A stretch of 64,000 bases of DNA from Octopus sinensis. Taxonomy: Eukaryota. Position numbers and translations under genes: made by a program. The DNA is taken from positions 14,818,001 to 14,882,000 of the forward strand of contig NC_043020.1 of the NCBI RefSeq assembly GCF_006345805.1, given 5' to 3'. The first letter of the stretch is position 1; each line of letters opens with the position of its first letter. The notes beneath the pieces are model-generated. The model searched no databases and was not told the origin of the DNA. It worked only from the letters and a program-made list of their open reading frames with translations. Positions 1 through 11,740 of this stretch are shown here, one piece after another.

Positions 1-228
1 CAAGCAATGCTAGGGGGACAAACACAGACACACAAACATATACACACACATACATATATATATACGACAGGCTTTTTTCAGTTTCCGTCTACCAAATCCA
101 CTCACAAGGCTTTGGTCGGCCCGAGGCTATAGTAGAAGACACTTGCCCAAGGTGCCACGCAGTGGGACTGAACCCGGAACCATGTGGTTGGTAAGCAAGC
201 TACTTACCACACAGCCACTCCTGCGCCC
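1..228 (-). mobile_element. tRNA-derived SINE family A (CORE-like segment, internal TA/CA microsatellite), cut by window edge
   Basis: Head on minus strand GGCGCAGGAGTGGCTGTGTGG (A box)...GGTTCAGTCCC (B box), then GTGGCACCTTGGGCAAGTG. Confidence 0.85.
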
Positions 229-297
229 GTATCTTCATCATTTTATAAGGATCAGTGATTGAGAATTGGAAAAGACAAAAGATGCTGTTATACTTAC

Positions 298-386
298 TCT
301 GTAACACGAGGGTCAAGGTTACCAATCCATAGTCTGCACTGGTCGGCAGCATTAGGATCTTGAGGTGGTGCTGGGAGATAAGTTGG
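298..386 (-). CDS. RBM18: RNA-binding motif protein 18, coding exon 2 (PTYLPAPPQDPNAADQCRLWIGNLDPRVT+GA); gene continues beyond the left edge
   Basis: Minus strand reads TTGCAG|CCAACT...GTTACAGA|GTAAGT, 89 nt (29 codons + 2). RLWIGNLDPRVTE matches the RBM18 RRM start (human HRLWIGNLDPKITE). Not in the ORF track. Confidence 0.88.
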
Positions 387-537
387 CTGCAAGAGCAAAA
401 TATAAGATTACATAGTGTTCACAACTTGGTAGACAACATTTTAAAACTAAAATGTAGAAGAATAAGGATCTGCACTTGTGAACGAGGAAGTTATTGTCTT
501 TGATCCAAATCCGAATTAAACAAAATAACAATCACTT

Positions 538-940
538 TACTCTTTACTCTTTTACTTGTTTCAGTCATTTGACTGCGGCCATGCTGGAGCACCGCCTTTA
601 GTCGAGCAAATCGCCCCCGGGACTTATTCTTTTGTAAGCCCAGTACTTATTTTATCGGTCTCTTTTGCCGAACCGCTAAGTGACGGGGACGTAAACACAC
701 CAGCATCGGTCGTCAAGCAATGCTAGGGGGACAGACACACAAACACACACATGCATATACATATATACATATATACGACAGGCTTCTTTCAGTTTCTGTC
801 TACCAAATCCACTCACAAGGCATTGGTCGGCCTGGGGCTATAGCAGAAGACACTTGCCCAAGATGCCACGCAGTGGGACTGAACCCGGAACCATGTGGTT
901 GGTTAGCAAGCTACTTACCACACAGCCACTCATGCGCCTA
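538..940 (-). mobile_element. SINE family A, full length (~400 bp)
   Basis: Same head plus (GTAAAAGA)n-like tail. Further copies at about 11978-12392(+), 19895-20290(+), 31855-32195(+), 42393-42800(+), 45682-46040(+), 53030-53248(-). Confidence 0.88.
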
Positions 941-1309
941 GCTATGTTCCTTTACACAAACACAAAATTTTTCAGATATCTAGAGTCATTTTATGGTGAA
1001 CTTATTTACTTTGTGATGTTTAGGAAATGCTTATTTTTATGCCAGGAATGTAAATAAAATTTTAAATATTTATTTGTCAAAACCAGCCCATTTTATTTCC
1101 AAAATTATTATATATATTTTCATCATTTGTAAAGGAGTGGCAACATCTATTTCTGAAGACTGTTATGCATTTTCCTATTTTAGTTATGTTCTGAGTTTAA
1201 AGACTACTTTCATCTTTTCACCAGAATGGTTAAAATAATTATCAATCAAGTATCAGGAAAATTATATTAACTACACCCCTCTAACATCATTATTTGGGCC
1301 AGAATTTGA

Positions 1310-1870
1310 AACCATTAAGGTGTCGAACTTGGAGAATCGTTAGCCCGCCGGGCAGAATGCTTAGCGGCATTTCGTCCGTCTTCACGTTCCGAGTTCAAAT
1401 TCTGCTGAGGTCGACTATGCCTTTCACTCTTTTGGAGTCGATAAACTAAATACCTATTTCTTTATTACCCACAAGGAGCTAAACAAGGACAGACACAGGT
1501 ATTAAAGTCGATTACATCGACCCCAGTGCGTAACTGGTACTTAATTTATCGACCCCGAAAGGATGAAAAGCAAGAAGTTGATATAATCGACTTGCCCCCA
1601 TCCCGAAATTGCTAGCCTTGTGCCAAAACTTGAAACTATTATGACATTATTATTAATGGCTTAAATTTTGGGACACGTCTAGCAATTTAGGAGGGGGTAA
1701 ATCGATTACAACAACCCCCAATACTTGACTGGTACTATATCTTGTTGACTCCGAAAGGATGAGAGGCAAAATTGACCTCGGCGAGATTTGAACTCAGAAC
1801 GTAAAGAACCAAAAATGCTGCTAAATATTTGGTCCGGAGCTGATGATTCTGCCAGTTCATCGCCTTAATA
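1310..1870. mobile_element. SINE family B copies (head GGCGGCGAGCTGGCAGAA, body GAGTTCAAATTCCGCCGAGGTCGAC)
   Basis: A/B-box-like head; about 20 decayed copies in the window, e.g. 5590-5810, 10515-10720, 11295-11500, 12415-12620, 13790-13994, 20335-20505, 29805-30035, 35320-35850, 44480-45003, 61310-61570. Confidence 0.8.
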
Positions 1871-2413
1871 ACAACAACAACAATAATAATTAATAAAATA
1901 TGAGTCAGGACTTCAAGCATTAATTAATTAAAGCAGTGAGTAGAGAGTGATTTTTTTTTTAATTTAAAGTTTCTACCCCAGCAGCCTATTACTGGGATAA
2001 ACAGTTAATAGTAGTCATTATAATTCATTTAGCTTACGTCGACCAGAAACAATAATTCACACAGCTTGCTGTAGGATTTCAATTCGCAACCCTATTGTCT
2101 GAAAGATTGACACAAAGCTGTAAGTTGTTGAGAAATAGTAATGATTCAACACAAGTGTATTCTATTTTACTGACCCTGAGAAGGTGAAAGACAACGGAGG
2201 CCTTCGGGAAGATTTGAACTCAGACGAAAAGGTTCGAAATAAGATTAAACGAGCAATGTCTATTGTCTGTCTGCCAAACACCGCAAGGACAACACGAAAT
2301 TTTTTATCAGAAATCTCTTGGTCCTTCCTTTGAAATATTTTCAAATATCATTTCAAGTTCCTATAATATAAGAAAATGTGTAAAGAATGATATAATTAAG
2401 GAGATAAACTTAC

Positions 2414-2428
2414 CATGTCCGAAGTCAT
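2414..2428 (-). CDS. RBM18: RBM18 probable first coding exon (MTSDM)
   Basis: Minus strand ATGACTTCGGACATG|GTAAGT: an ATG followed by a consensus phase-0 donor, in frame with the phase-0 exon at 298-386, in unique CpG-containing sequence. Confidence 0.7.
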
Positions 2429-2900
2429 TTCACAACGAATTGTGAAGGGTTTACAAAAACATTTCTTAATTACAAACAAAAGCCTTTAAAAAAAGAACAA
2501 GGAGATCAAAATCAGTCGCAATTCTCTCTATTATGGCTTTTTTTAATGGCTTAGCTAAATATCTCATAAATATTTGTTTTAGTGATGGTAAAGCAGCTAA
2601 TATAAGGTTTAATTTTGTGGTTTATATTTAAATGAAGAGAAAAGTAAAAGAATTTAAAGAGAAAATATTTTAAAGTAGTCAAGTTGGCAACGTGTAAAGC
2701 TATCAACTATATTTAGTTTGGTATTTAGTAATTCATCTTTTTTGTTTGGATTAATATTAATAACAGCAATAAGAATAATTAGTTATTATAATTAGTTTTA
2801 TTTCTTTAAAACACTATTTGATTTATAAAGACTTATTTAACCTCCGATTCAATTCTACGCAGCGTCAGAGTGAATTACATGTAAATACAAAACTAGTGCT
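2429..2900. promoter_or_regulatory. Candidate bidirectional promoter / first-exon region shared by RBM18 and MRRF
   Basis: Non-repetitive interval just upstream of the RBM18 ATG. MRRF ATG is only 3 nt after an acceptor (7115), so an upstream 5'UTR exon is implied; candidate donor ACAT|GTAAAT at 2881. Inference. Confidence 0.45.
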
Positions 2901-3799
2901 AGCCAAACATTTAACATGTGCCCCTCGGTCAGTAATTTTGGTTTCTCTTGTCAAAGTTTTTAGCTTTTATTATGTAAAAACATTTGTTCTTACATTTCTT
3001 TAATTTGATAAACGTGACGAAACATAGTGGAATCAGAAACTTATTGCTTGAATATATGTCATATATATTATTAGAAATAATTTGCAAGTTTTGCCCTTGA
3101 CAGGTTTCTTGTTTCGCTTGTTTTGATAAGTTCTTTACTTGCAATAACTTCATTATCGCTTAGTCCTAAGTCAGATCTATAATCAAAGGCGTTTCAGCGG
3201 TGACCATCCCATCTTATTTTCATGCATAATGAATCATGAACTGTATTATCAAAATGTGTTTTTCTTGTTTTGAAGTGTAATTGTAGGAAAGTTTGTCTGC
3301 TAGGTCGAGCGACAACATTGCGGCTTCGTTTCCTCGTGGAATAAAATATTTATTTATATTCATTAAATATAAGTAATTGCTTCACCTTTGTAAACCAAGC
3401 TATCAATGAAGAGGTGATCCATTCTCAAAACCACCAAAAAAACAGAGAATTCAAATTATAAATACTGCGACCGGTGGATGAGGTTGTCTCACCGCAGGTC
3501 AGCTTCCAACCCAGTAGACTCATAATCAAAGACGTCTCGACCGTGACCATCCCATCTTTTTAATTACACAGTGTATATAGGACTGAATTGTCCAACGCGT
3601 TCTTCCTCTTTTATACAGCAGAGTGTAATTTGAAGGAAATTTGGCTGTTTTTTCTAGCAGCTCGAGTTACCACCTTGAGGCTATTTACTGTGTCCTTGAG
3701 TGGTAGAAACGTCCACCGGCGTCGATGCAATAATATTTTACAGTATTTGTCTTTCATTTCTCCATATTGCACCTTGATCGATGAGATTAAGAAGTACCT

Positions 3800-4400
3800 A
3801 ACTTGAACTGAGATATTTTTTGCCGTACATTCCCCCCAAACATCTATTGTCTTGCGCAAGAATGAAAAACCAAAACAAGCGAGCCCTAACTCGGGTTAAT
3901 ATCCCTTCAATTCTGGATCCCGTGGGATGGGAAGAGACCAGATAGTCTTGCCCTTTTTTTCCTGGGTAAGAGGTAGGTGCCTCATCTTGAACGTCATAGT
4001 CTATAACTTCCTTGCATCTTCCCACATTCTAGATACCTCAGTAAATGGGAAGGTCTCTGCTTCCCTAGCCGAACGGAACAAATTCCTTAAGTATCGAGAC
4101 TTGTCAGTGGACCATTTCTTTCAGTCAGTGGCGTTTGAGACGTTTGGAGGTCCTGGACCAGTAACAACGAAGTTCTTGTCGTTGGCGGCTCGCCTTACCG
4201 ATGAATCAGGTAGTGCCCGTGAAGGTGCTTGGCTGTTCCAACGCCTTAGCCTCGCCATCTCCAGTGGTAAAGCCGTGAGCGTGTTGGCTTGCTTCAGTTG
4301 GTTCTGTTGAACCTTGTAGTGTGTGACCAATTAAGGCACTTAGTGTTGAATTGATGTTTTTTTTCTTTCTTCACTCATGTTTGTGATTTCTTCAATGTTG
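3800..4400 (+). mobile_element. CRE-clade non-LTR retrotransposon 3' fragment (restriction-like endonuclease domain)
   Basis: Decayed HLLSC..., SWVRGRCLI, AERNKFLKYRDL, VAFETFGGPG, WLFQRLSLAISSGKAVSVL match the CRE RLE pattern (PW.RGRCL.WD...KY..L...AVET.G.WG...LFQRLS.AIQRGNA.SV). Confidence 0.8.
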
Positions 4401-4639
4401 TATTTGCATTTTAATGTTCTTTTTAATTTTTTAAAGAGAAATACTAAGTAAGGTTTTTTTATTTTAATATATAACATAAACATGTACATCTTTTAGAACA
4501 TTGTCATTTTATAAGATTTTGTTGGCTAATTTTTTAATTAACATAAACATTTATTTACAAGAAAGAAAATTACCAGAGAACTCTCATCTAATTCTTCCAA
4601 ATCTTTCTGTTAAAACTGTATTTAAACTATTTGTGAGGA

Positions 4640-5230
4640 ATTTTTTTTTTTTATCACAGCAACTGGTCGCACACCACAAGATTTAACAGAACCTACCAAA
4701 GCAAGCCAGAACGCTTGCAGCATTACTTTGGGCGATGGCAACACTAAGGTGTTGGGAAAACTAAACGTCCTCATGGGCACACCTAACACCTTGGTGAGGC
4801 GAGCTGCCAACGTTGACAAGAACTTCGCGGTATGTGGCCCAGTCCCTCCGAACATCTTAAACGTCACAGGTTGGATGAGATAGTTCACTGTCAGGTCCCA
4901 ATACTTCAAGGTTTTATAACATTCGGCTGCAGAAGCAGTGACCCTGCCATTAACTGCAGCGTCCAGGATGTGGGAGGGAACGAAGGAGTCGCAGACTGTG
5001 CGTTTTCAATGAGGCACCTACCTTTAACCCAGGGTTAGAGGGTAAGACTATCTGGTCTCACTCTGGATAACCTGATGGCTCCAGAACGGAAGGGATATTA
5101 ATCCAAGCCAGGCACCTGCTTAATGATTAGGTTTAGCTCTGTGTAATGAGCAAAGCGGCCAGCATTTAGGTGGCAGGACAGAGTATGAAGACCTGTGGGG
5201 TCGAAGGGCCTACCATAGCGGAATTTTGGT
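4640..5230 (-). mobile_element. Second CRE-clade RLE fragment, inverted relative to the first
   Basis: Homologous peptide (FGGTGPHTAKFLSTLAARLT), PWVKGRCLI-like segment, A-rich tail at about 4641-4652. Confidence 0.78.
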
Positions 5231-6184
5231 CTTAATGTGGTTTTGTATTATAAATGTATCATATAAATGTGTATTATATAGCTATATAATAAAATAAAAT
5301 AAACCCTAAAAAAATGAACATTATTACAATGATTTCTAACATAGGCACTGGATCACATTTTCAGAGGAAAAAAAATTGTTAATGTTTTTTTTTTTTATCT
5401 TGAGGAAGGGTCCATTTCTATGAAATCATTGTTGTTACTGTCTTGGTATGTTACAGTATAGTTCTGGTCATTTACAATACCAGTGGACACACTTGTGCAT
5501 TAAATACTTATGATTGAACAACAAAACAATCTGAAACTCAATAATTGTTTATCTTCACAACACTCATGACTTTTGCCAAACCTCTGAGATTTTGCTTTCA
5601 AATTTTGGAACAAGGTCGGTAATTTCAAGGGAAGGAACAAGTCAATTACATTGACCTAAGTACTTAACTGGTACTTATTTTATCGACTCTGAAAGGATGA
5701 AAGGCAAAGTCAACCCTGGTGGCATTTGAACACAGAATGTAAAGTCAGAAGAAATACCACTAAACATTTTTCCCGGCATGATAATGATTCCGTCAGCTCT
5801 CAACCTTGACATCACTGAATATTCTAAAGCATGTTGTTCAGTGCTCTGTCTATTCTGCTATCCACTGTTCTAACAAATAATTATTTCTAATGTAGACCAG
5901 CAGTTTTGAGGAGAGGGTTTTAATCAATACCATCCATCCCCAATACTTAACTGGTTCTTATTTTATCGACTCAGAGAGATGAAAGGATAAGTTGACCTTG
6001 GAAATATTTGACTCAAGAGCCAAACATTTTCCCCAATATGCTAATGATTCAGCCAATCCACCAGTTAACTACTCTTATTAATAATGGTTTCAAATTTTGG
6101 CACAAGGCCAACAATTGTGAGGTGGGTAGTTAGTGCCATCAACCCCAGTAATTGTCTGGTACTTTATTTTATTGACTACTACTA

Positions 6185-6470
6185 CTACGCAGTCGAGAGA
6201 TCGCGGGTTCGAATCTCAGACAGGGCGATGTGTGTGCTTAGCTCCATGCGGCTCTGGCAGAAGGTAATGGTGAACTTCTGCTGACTCTTTTGCCACAACT
6301 TTCTTTCACTCTTTCCTCCTGCATCTTGCAGCTCACCTGCAACGGACCAGCATCCTGTCTAAGTGGGGAACCTATACGCCAAGGAAACTGGGAAACCGGC
6401 CCTTATGAGCCAGGCATGGCTCGAGAAGGAACAAACAACTACTACTACTACTACTACTACTAATAATAAT
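6185..6470 (+). mobile_element. 5'-truncated tRNA-derived SINE with (CTA)n/(AAT)n tail
   Basis: B box GGTTCGAATCT, tail GAAGGAACAAACAAC followed by microsatellite. Confidence 0.6.
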
Positions 6471-6554
6471 AATAATAATCCTTTGAACTCAGAATGTAGC
6501 ATTTCTCTATCACTACCACAGCTGTTGCTACTACTACTATTACTACTATTAAAA

Positions 6555-6710
6555 CACCCTCCGGTCATGAATGTGGGTGGGAGCAAAGGAGTCGCAGACT
6601 GTGCATCCCAAATGAGGCACCTACCTCTAACCCACGGTCAGAGGGTAAGACCATCTGGTGTCACTTCTGGGTAACACTGATGGCTCCAGAACTGAGGAGA
6701 TATTAGTTCT
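6555..6710 (-). mobile_element. Third CRE-clade RLE fragment
   Basis: Minus strand encodes SVLEPS...(P)DGLTL.PWVRGRCLIWDA with frameshifts. Confidence 0.75.
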
Positions 6711-7118
6711 CCTCCAAGGCACAAGTCTGGGCAAGGTTGTTTATAGAAGACAAACAGTCACCCATGTATACCAGCCTCCCCTCTCCACACCACCAATGTT
6801 ATCCAAGGGAAAGGCAAAGGTCAAGCTGGGCACTGGTGACATTGCAACTCATTTCTAAAGCTGAGTGAACTTGAGCAATGTGAAAATAAAGTGTCTTGGT
6901 CAAGAATACAACACATGGACTGGTCTAGGAATCGAACTCACTACATCGTGATTGTGAGCCTGATGCTCTAATCTTGTAATTAACATACCAACATCTTGAT
7001 TACTGACCCAACTATAAACTTTCTCTCTTAAATAATGTAAGGGCCTCAGGAATAATAATATATTGCAGGTTTTAATCAACCAGTTTAAAAATTTCCTTTT
7101 TATACTATATTGCAGATT

Positions 7119-7359
7119 ATGAATACATGGAGGGTTTTATGGCGACTACAGACTGGTCTCTTTTCAAAGGTACAACCTGCTTTTATCCAGAAATTTCCTT
7201 CCACTTTGACATCATTCAATAACAGGAGACAGATGTTATGTATGTTATCCAAATGTCATGGAAATATTGATCCAAGATCCAGTGTCTCACTAACTGCATC
7301 ATACAACTGGTGTCATATCCGTGAATATGCCAAAGCTTCCAAATCTAAGAAGAAAACAA
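7119..7359 (+). CDS. MRRF: Mitochondrial ribosome recycling factor, coding exon 1 (targeting peptide, MNTWRVLWRLQ...IREYAKASKSKKKT)
   Basis: TTGCAG|ATT ATG at 7119; donor A|GTAAGT at 7360; basic presequence with almost no acidic residues; phase 1 fits the next exon. Confidence 0.85.
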
Positions 7360-9010
7360 GTAAGTGTTCAATTTATTTTCATTCTTCATTCGTTATTTAC
7401 TAGTTATAATTATTTGTCTGGGGTGGATCTCCAAATAAGCAAAACATTACTGCAGAAACCGGTTAGGACATTCTGTGAATGTTGTTCTTTGAATCAGTTA
7501 TTTAGAACTCTTGTTGAGTGTTCTTCCATGAATCAGGTAAATGATTATTGGATAGCTAGAAATGAGAGAATTCCATTTATGTTTGTTACTAAGGATGGTA
7601 CAGCCCCATCACTATTCAATGGTAATAGTACACCCTCATATTTATAAAATACAATTTACAAACTGGATGGTATTTCCCCCTCACTGTTCAATGGTGCACC
7701 CTCAGGTTTAGAAAATACAGCTTACACAAATCTTCCTATAATACAAATTAGTGCCCACCCAGAATATTCTGAAGTACCCTCAGGTAGGCACCTAAGTCTA
7801 GCAATGAGTCTGGTCGCATTAGCCAATGTAATTCTCTCTTTTCGTGATGATAAGGTGTAATTTGATTGCTATTTCTAGAAAATCTAGCATTCACCCAAAG
7901 AGGATGAAAAACAAAATTGAACTCACAATGTAAGGAATATTGGTTACAGGTGTTGGTACAGGGCCGGCAGTTTTGGGGAAAAGGGTAAGTTGATTACATC
8001 AACCCTAGTCTAGTACTCAACTAGTACTTATTTTATTGAGCCTGAAACAGTGGCGGCTCATGTATAAGAACTGCAGTACCCCCTATTTCCACTTGATATT
8101 ATTGATAACATTCAATATAATGAGTCCTTTTTTCTTTAAATCTTTCTTTATACTTGTGCATTATATAATGTTTAAGCTTAATGTCAGCAGCCATCCTCTA
8201 GTTTATGAAAAAAATCCTTGTATAGAACTGGGTACTTCACAGTTCCAGTGATGTGGTGTTTGGCTCACATGTCCAAGATAGGAAGCTTCACACTAGGAAG
8301 AGAGATCATTGCATGAATGACAGTGCCGGGTGAAAGATAGTGTTTCTTTTTGACTCTGCATGTGTTGTGCTTAAAAACATGTTTATATTCTTGAATGTGA
8401 TAAAGTATAGAATTAAATTATTATCCTGCTTCCAGCTTCAGTGTTGCTGCCAGGATTTGAAAAATAGGGCACATTTCTCCCCCCTTGTTTTGTGATTTAG
8501 TGAGGATTTTTGAAAAACAAGGGGGAATTCACAGTGATGTTCAGTGAACAAATTAAACACACTTCTCGACAGTGGCTAAAACATGAACCGATCAAGTTTA
8601 TGCATAAATTTTCGTTTTATATGTTTGTTTCTTTTTACACAATATTAAAACAACAGCTAAAAATTTTCTGAGGCAGCACCCCAACAAATTTTATCTACAA
8701 GTTGCCACTGTTCTGAAAGTCACCAAAGTCAACTTTGGTGATATTTAAACGCAGAATGTGAAGAGGGATAAAATGCTGCCCTGCATGCTAACAATTCTGC
8801 CAGCTTGCTGCCTTAACTAGAATAAATATTATAGAATATTTCCTCTGATGCTTTAATTTTTTAAGATTCCAGTAATTTGGTTTCCTTTCTCTTTATCAAC
8901 AATTCCTCAAATTTCATCAATAAAAGGTAAAACTAATAAACATTTGCAAATGACTTTTTGAAGACTGTTCCTTTTGGAAGGTTCTCAGAAATTCCTTTTT
9001 CTGCTAGCAG

Positions 9011-9148
9011 GTAAACCAAAAGTGTTTGTTAGTGATGACCAAATGGAGGAGGTAATAAATTTGACAGCTTTCAAATCCGAAATGTCTAGTGTGTTGGAAC
9101 AGCTTCAACTGGATTACTTAAATCAACTTTCTCTCAGAGTATCCACCC
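9011..9148 (+). CDS. MRRF: MRRF exon 2 (KPKVFVSDDQMEEVINLTAFKSEMSSVLEQLQLDYLNQLSLRVST); alternative start 9008
   Basis: Pyrimidine tract plus TAGCAG tandem acceptor; donor C|GTAAGT; RRF helix ending LSLR. Confidence 0.9.
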
Positions 9149-9969
9149 GTAAGTTGTCCTAATTTTCACTGTCATCATTATAATTATTATTATTATTCTC
9201 ATCAACATGAATTACTTTATCATTATTTTAATGTCTCCAAGTTCTTCATGCTGCTATAGACATGTCGTCTGTCTTCAGTGTCAGAGCCTTGAAATAAAAA
9301 TAATTCTCTCTCTTCTCATCTTATACCAATCACTTCCCTCTTCACACTCAGTATTTAATGATGAGATTTTCCAACATATTCACCAACTGCACACACTTCT
9401 ACTACTACTACTACCCCCAACACATGATATTATTGAATTTCTCTCTCTCTCCTTTCTCATTCTCTCTCTCTCGTTCTCTCACTCCCTATACCTCTATCAT
9501 CTCGCTAATTCTCCCTTTCTGATGTAGAGTTTTATCTTTTTTCCTCTTTCTATCTCTTCTCTTTTACTCATACACACTATTGCCTCCTTTCTTATTCTTC
9601 CTTCCATCCCATCCTCCTTTTATTTCACTGTCTGCTCTCCTGACTATGTCTCACCACTTATCTCTCTCTATTTCTCTCTTTCTTTCCCCACCTATCCATC
9701 TTTATAATGCACATCTCTTAATATACTTTCTTTCTCTCTCTTCCACCTCTCTCAGCACAGCCACTGCTTTCTCCTTCTACATTCATATATCAATACAAAA
9801 AAAGAGAAACCAGTTGCCAAATAAAGAGACACATGACATATTTTATATAGTAATATTTATGATATTACTCTATTGCATAAGTTTAATCTAACATATCTTT
9901 GTTATTTCTCATTTTATTACCTTAATTTCTGTGCAAAATCCTGATAACTCCACAATCCACTTATTTCAG

Positions 9970-10088
9970 GTGTTTTTGATACAATTACTGTGAAAATAGA
10001 AAATAAAGAGTTTCGTCTCAACCAAATTGCTCAAATTATCCAGAAGAATCCATCTTTGATAGTGATTAATTTAAGGGAGTCAACTCAG
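9970..10088 (+). CDS. MRRF: MRRF exon 3 (VFDTITVKIENKEFRLNQIAQIIQKNPSLIVINLRESTQ)
   Basis: TTTCAG|GT...CAG|GTTTGT, 119 nt, phases 1 to 0; RRF domain II motif (LNQIAQI). Confidence 0.92.
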
Positions 10089-10224
10089 GTTTGTCTACTG
10101 ATTATCTTCTTTATTATGCATATCTCATTACATTCTTTTCCATTTGATATTAATTAATTCTATTATATTTGATGGTATAAAAGACTCCCCAATATCAGCT
10201 GCACATATTAAAGAAGGTTTTTTG

Positions 10225-10356
10225 TACGAGGGGTGGAAAAAGTTTTGAGCCTTCAAGGCCTTTGATCCTTGAAGTCTTGTACCTTCATCAGAAGTCTTGT
10301 ACCATGTTTTATTATTATTTTTTTTTAGGCTCAAGACTTTTCATACACCCCTCGCT
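10225..10356. mobile_element. Mariner-type MITE (~130 bp)
   Basis: Inverted termini TACGAGGGGTGGAAAAAGTTTTGAGCCT / AGGCTCAAGACTTTTCATACACCCCTCG. Confidence 0.7.
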
Positions 10357-10784
10357 TAATATAGGCCAAACTGGGGCGATTTTTTGAGAAATTTTTGAAG
10401 AAAAAAGTGCATCTTATGTCATCAAACATGGGAATTATTTTCTCATTTACCGTGTATATCTTAATCATCGTTATATTACCTTAAACATTTCCATTCATTT
10501 AATATTGAATTCAAATTTTGGCACAAGACCAGCAATTTCAAGGGAGGGAATAAGTCGATTGCATTGACCCCTGTGTTCAATTTGTGCTTATTTTGTCAAC
10601 TCTGAAAGGATGAAAGGCAAAGTAGACCTTGGTGGAATTTGAACTCAGAAGGTAAAGTTGGATGAAATGCTGCTAAGCTGTTTGTCTGGTATGCTAACAA
10701 TTCTGTCAGTTTGCCACCTTATTATTTCATTTAATATTAATTTACTAATAAATCTCAGAGCGAGTTATAAACAGTAGCTGCAAC

Positions 10785-10971
10785 ACATCGTGACGTATAT
10801 TTGCCATTTAAATATGGCTAACCCATAAGGGTGGATGCTACTGTAGTTTGTAGCCCCAGGAGGACACCTCCTCCAGCTGGCTGAGGAGGTGTCCTCCTGG
10901 GGCTACAAACTACAGTAGCATCCACCCTTAGGGGTTAGCCATATTTAAATGGTAAATATACGTCATGATGT
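10785..10971. repeat. Foldback palindrome, 89-bp arms, 9-nt loop, 3 mismatches
   Basis: Arms 10785-10873 and 10883-10971 compared base by base. Confidence 0.93.
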
Positions 10972-11740
10972 ATTACTTTACTGATTTATATCAATTACTA
11001 ACATAGATACAAGAGTTTGAAATTTCAGGGAGTTTATTAAGATTGGTTCCAATTCTTGATTGTTACTTATTTTATTGACTCCAGAATAATCCTTTCTACT
11101 GTAGGCACAAGGCCTGAAATTTTCTAGGGGTAGGGCCTAGTTGATTACATCAGTTCCAGTATTCTCTACTGGTGCTTACTTTATTGACCCCCTTGGCAGA
11201 ATTTGAATTTGTAATGTGAAGATGGCTGAAATGTCATTAAACATTTTGTCCAATGTGCTGATGATTCTGCCAGCTTGCTACCTTTAATGGTTTCAAATTT
11301 TGGCACAAGGCCAGCAAGTTTTTAGGGTAGGGATCAAGTTGATTACATTAACCTCAGTACCTAACTGATACTTATTTCATCGATCCCCAAAGAGTGAAAG
11401 GCAAAGTCGGGCTAAGTAGAATTTGAACTTATAATGTAAAGACAGACACTAAGCATTTTGTTCAGTGTGGTAATGATTCTGCCGGCTCTCCACCTTACTG
11501 ACTTCAAAATAATGAGACATGAAATTAACATTGGTTAGGGAAAGAAGATCTGTAACTAAATCTTCAAAGTATTTTTGCCCATCACTCTACAATTTCTAAT
11601 ATTCAAATAGATAACATAGCTGGTAGCTGTGTGTTAAATGTATTTCAATGTTTGGCTGTAAGTTCAGATAACACTGGAGATTGCCTTTGTAGTTCTTTCT
11701 GTTGAAGTTAATAAAACAACGCCTGCTGGGTTCGGCTGCT

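Noticed and set aside
720-1057. Recurrent ORFs such as MLGGQTHKH...YDRLLSVSVYQIHSQG and MPKMPRSGTEPGTMW (also at 11922, 24963, 32284, 47729, 48799, 49582, 50756)
   Set aside because: They are antisense or alternative-frame readings of SINE A; there is no conserved start, splice context or protein-family match.
2162-3153. Short ORFs near the RBM18/MRRF junction (MKIFQRKD..., MKLLQVKN...)
   Set aside because: No homology recognised; AT-rich chance ORFs in intron or promoter sequence.
6359-6674. Poly-T/N/L/V ORFs (also 16123-16404, 50756, 51379)
   Set aside because: Translations of trinucleotide and dinucleotide microsatellites.
9207-9891. Hydrophobic Leu/Ser-rich ORFs (also 21061-21391, 44110-44481, 53848-54243)
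   Set aside because: Produced by CT/GA low-complexity tracts within introns or intergenic DNA.
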